A stretch of 64,000 bases of DNA from Klebsormidium nitens (taxonomy: Eukaryota > Plantae > Klebsormidiophyceae), in contig DF237182.1 in the NCBI GenBank assembly GCA_000708835.1, forward strand, positions 69,506 to 133,505, in the 5' to 3' direction. Shown here piece after piece: positions 60,601 through 64,000 of the stretch. The notes under the pieces are model-generated. The model saw only the letters and a program-made list of their open reading frames with translations. It was not told where the DNA came from and ran no database searches. A program made the position numbers and the translations under genes. The first letter of the stretch is position 1, and each line of letters begins with the position of its first letter.

Positions 60601-63048
60601 TGGGGGAGGAAAAGCTGGGCGAGAAGGGGGGGCTCTCAGGGGCCGAGGTCTCCTCCTGGGGGGTTCGTTTTCGCAGGGGCCGGAGGGGGGGCAACTCGGA
60701 CATGTCGTACAATGCCTGCCCGTCCTCAGTCGGCACGCGAGAGAACAAATTGGCGGCCGCCACGTGGCTGTCCGGATCCGGGCTCAGGGAAGATGCGGAC
60801 GTGCTTGAGGACACCGGGCCTTGGAGGCAGCTGCTGGGCGATTCCGACCGGGGTTTACTCAATGCTAACGGCTCCAGAATCACATGTCCCCCCCCACTTC
60901 GCGAGCTTGTTTCGGACCCCCCCGATGTTCCGTTATGGTGCTTTGTGACCCCCTCACTCGAAGCAATGGACGAGCGGCTCTCAGGGTTGAAGAAGCTGCC
61001 AAAACCACCCCGCTCTAGATGCAGCGCGCTCTGGACTTTCCTCATGCCCCCCACCGCCAGGTGCTCGGCTGACTCATTACGGTGGAGCTTATGACTGCTG
61101 ACCGCGCGTCTCATCTTGAACCCCCCCGGAGAGCCCTCGCACTGCTCCCCAATCAGCCACTCGTCCTCCTGATGCAGCCCCGCGTTGCTGAAAACGCGCT
61201 TCATCCCCACCGGGGGGGCGCTCGACGACCCCCCCGAAAAAGTCTGCTCGTCAGTCTGCGCAACAACTTGGTCCAGTAGGTTCACAAACTCGCCTGCGGC
61301 TAGGGCGACTGCCGCATAGTCGCATGCGGCAGTGTGCACCCGCAGAGCTACCGAGCACCGCCCCCCCGGGAGAAAGTGGAGCTTTAGCCCCAGGGCCGGA
61401 AAGCGGTCCTCACTGGTGTCGACGCCCGTCGTAGGTGGTGCCGTCACTTTCCCGATGGGAGTGTTCAGCTCCCACTCGAGGATCTGGTGCCAATCCGAAA
61501 CCGCGCAGTCCACCCCCTCTGCAGGGCTTCCCATCATTCTCCCCCCCGCCGTTGGAGTTATTTCCACCCCCCCGGAGGAGTTCAAGCGCACATTGTCCAC
61601 GCCGGCCCTCAGAAACGGATGCTTGGAGATCTCAAACCGAGGCCTGCCATCTCGGTCAAAGACGATCCAGCTGCGCAGCATCGCGTGGCGGCATTGGAGC
61701 TCTCGGCCGGCGTGGGTGACCTGCCAGGCTGCCACCTGGCGCGCGATGACGACCATGATGACGGACACGCCGGTGCCAGATGTGACGGCGCGCACCCAAT
61801 TTTCCTCGACGCCGCCCAGGGGCCGGGCGCACTCAATCTCATAATCTGTCATAAGGAGGAGCGTGAGATATTTAGCTGCTGTTGCAGAAAAAGGGGGAAG
61901 CCATTCTTTTTGAGAGTGAAGTGACGGCCGGGCCCTGGACATAAACTCGTGGGCAAATATTCCAAGGGGCATAGTAAAGGGCATTTGTAGAGAATGACGG
62001 AGGGGAATAAGATGGCTCGTGTGCGTTGAGGTACAAAATGCACTGAAGCAGATGAACGCAGCCTTTTGGAAGATGCTGCTACATTATATCATTTGCGACA
62101 AAAGCTTGTCTAAACCGCACACTGAACGCATTGAAGTTGCGACGCTTTAAAAGAAGTGAGCCTGAGACCGATTGGGGCTTGAATGAGCACTGTATCAGAC
62201 CCATTGGAAAACAAGAACCAGCTTGTTCAATTGATGATGCAACGGCTTTCAGGAGAATTTGGCGTCGATGGCTGATTTTAAGCTGTCTGGGGAAAGACAG
62301 CTTCTTAGATCTTGCCCCAAACAGTATTCCAAGCCCAGCTGTTCTTGGAGGGCTACAAAGTGCCCCATGTGCAGCATCCAGAGCTGACCCTCCATGGGCA
62401 AAACGAACCGGAATTCCACATTTGCCCCACAACTTGTTCACATTGTTTTCGTATAGCTTCCCATGAAATTTGGGAGACCCCTCACAACGAAGAGATCGAC
62501 GCCCTTTTCTACACCAACTTTCGAATAAGATATGTCTTGTCCTTCTTACCTGCCCATGGGTCCTCCTCCTCTTCCTCCTCCACTTCCTCCCGCTCAACCA
62601 CTGCGCGATTCAAGGGGAACTCGCATCCTGCAGGCCCCACTCCATTCGGATCTTTCCCCTTGTCACGCCGGCCTTCCTTACAGGGAGCACTTCCATTCCC
62701 CCCTGCCATTGGCGCAGGCCCCACCACTACCGGGGATTCACATCCTTCCGCCCTGTCATCTTTCTCCAACTTTTTGCTGCCCCTTTCTTGCCCCTCATCC
62801 TCCTTGCAGGCCACTGTTTCAACCCCAGCCACAGCCAAGTCACCAGGGCAGCGATCTGGAGGGCCATCTAGCTCCTCAAGCGGTGCTTCTGAAGCCAAAT
62901 GCTTGGGGATGCTATGTTGCACAATAGCAACCGGCAACACAACTTCCCTCTCTGGGGCCTTTCTTCCTTGTCTATTACTCTTGCTCTTGACGAGGACTGT
63001 GGCGGCAGCAAGCACAGCAGCTGCAAAGAGGACCAGGGCGGGCCTCAT
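57654..63048 (-). CDS. Condensation-domain / CoA-dependent acyltransferase superfamily protein (alcohol acetyltransferase/PapA5-like plant family)
   Basis: Exons 63048-62550, 61845-60073, 58916-58576, 57959-57654 are phase-consistent. RPLGGVEENWVRAVTSGTG, RHAMLRS, HTAACD, KPFWAKGADLVGYS, DVGFFHSAL, KQFKDMGVLN, HPNLTPQSSMRT, IGCASVHGVGP and FPAPLFSREQ match a conserved uncharacterised plant family (At3g52610-like, from recall). Exon 1 is less certain; an alternative start is ATG at 61852. Confidence 0.85.
58512..58554 (-). repeat. Degenerate (GGGTTT/GGGGTTT)n tract just inside an intron
   Basis: Plus strand reads aaacccaaaccaaaccccaaaccccaaacctcaaacccaaacc, about 20 nt downstream of the donor at 58575. 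Confidence 0.85.
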
Positions 63049-64000
63049 CCTGCCAGCTCAAAGAACATGCGCTGCACACCTACAAAGAGTTCAGAAAAAC
63101 TTCAAACTGCTGTTTGGCATTGTTTAACTCCACAACACAGTGAACAGGCCCCGAATTGGGGGCACATGAAGGATAGGGCCTATCCTTCATAGACCCTTCC
63201 TCCATTCTGGAGACGTCAGAACGCAGCATGCCTCTACTACTAGCTAGCCCAAGTGCATGTTGAAAGGAAAGAAAGCCTGGAAAGCTGAACGCGGGCCGAA
63301 CTGCAAGTTGCATGCTGACTCAGCCAATCTTTGGCGACTGCCTCCACCGACGTGCAGCTATCTCGTCGCCGGCCCAGAACATAGCGCCAGCGCGCGGGCC
63401 CCCGACCGTGTCCGCGGCCGCGCGGCCGGCGTGCGGCAGGCGGCCGGGCCGGAGCCTAGGCGGCTGCCATGCGTGCTCCGGGTTTGAGGGTTTTACAGGG
63501 ACACGTATGCATCCACATGAGGAGCAAACCAATGCTGAGTGCTCGATCCCGAGATTGGCATGGTTCGAAAGTCCTTCAAGCTTCACACCTTTAAACAGGA
63601 CCCCTATTACTTCAAGTCAACTGTTGAAACGTCGATCCACCCCAATTTCGCACACCCCCGTGCCACCGCCTAGACACCCAATGGATGTCGACGTCTCTGT
63701 GGTCCTGTCCATGGTCTTTTGCCGTACTTGGTACAAAAAAGTACCAAGCAATATATTTTAGGCCTGCATCATTTCTGGGATCCCCGGATCCAAGCCAAGA
63801 CAGGCTTGCAATATTGCAGGGCACTCTACTGGGACGACGAGAACCGTGCGTCCAGTCATTCCCGAGCTAGGAAAACCTGGTTAGCTACGGCCCATCATAT
63901 CAATGTAAGTATTGGCGGTAACATCCGGATCCGTGAACACCTGAATAACGACAGTGGCCGCCCACGCAATTGTCACTTGGATTCGGACGATAGCTGTAAC

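Noticed and set aside
62312-63127. 271-aa plus-strand Ser-rich ORF
   Set aside because: Antisense to the minus-strand exon that has a good donor and a phase-matched junction.
1-64000. CRISPR arrays, tRNA/rRNA genes, transposases, reverse transcriptases or viral genes
   Set aside because: None recognised. The repeats have 2-3 degenerate copies without unique spacers, and gttcga hits lack tRNA structure.

Overview
Gene-dense eukaryotic nuclear DNA with GC-rich exons, canonical GT-AG introns mostly 0.2-1 kb long, and two scaffold gaps. Gene content and style point to a streptophyte green alga, Klebsormidium-like (inference). Seven genes could be rebuilt exon by exon with consistent splice phases: a 5'-truncated TIME FOR COFFEE-like gene (+, to 7467), a membrane alpha/beta-hydrolase (+), thylakoid lumenal pentapeptide protein TL17 (-), Ku80 (+), prefoldin 2 (-), a 23-exon VPS13X-type lipid-transfer gene (+, 29.2-52.6 kb) and a condensation-domain/acyltransferase-fold gene (-). 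There is also one unrecognised two-exon candidate with a Cys-rich domain (54.2-55.7 kb). I found no tRNA, rRNA, CRISPR array or recognisable transposon, and no multi-gene novel system. The best leads are: repeated short duplications that straddle splice sites in three genes, a Ku80 tail resembling the DNA-PKcs docking motif, an acyltransferase fold lacking its catalytic His with a large insertion, and the Cys-rich orphan. All homology calls are from memory of family sequences, not from database searches.
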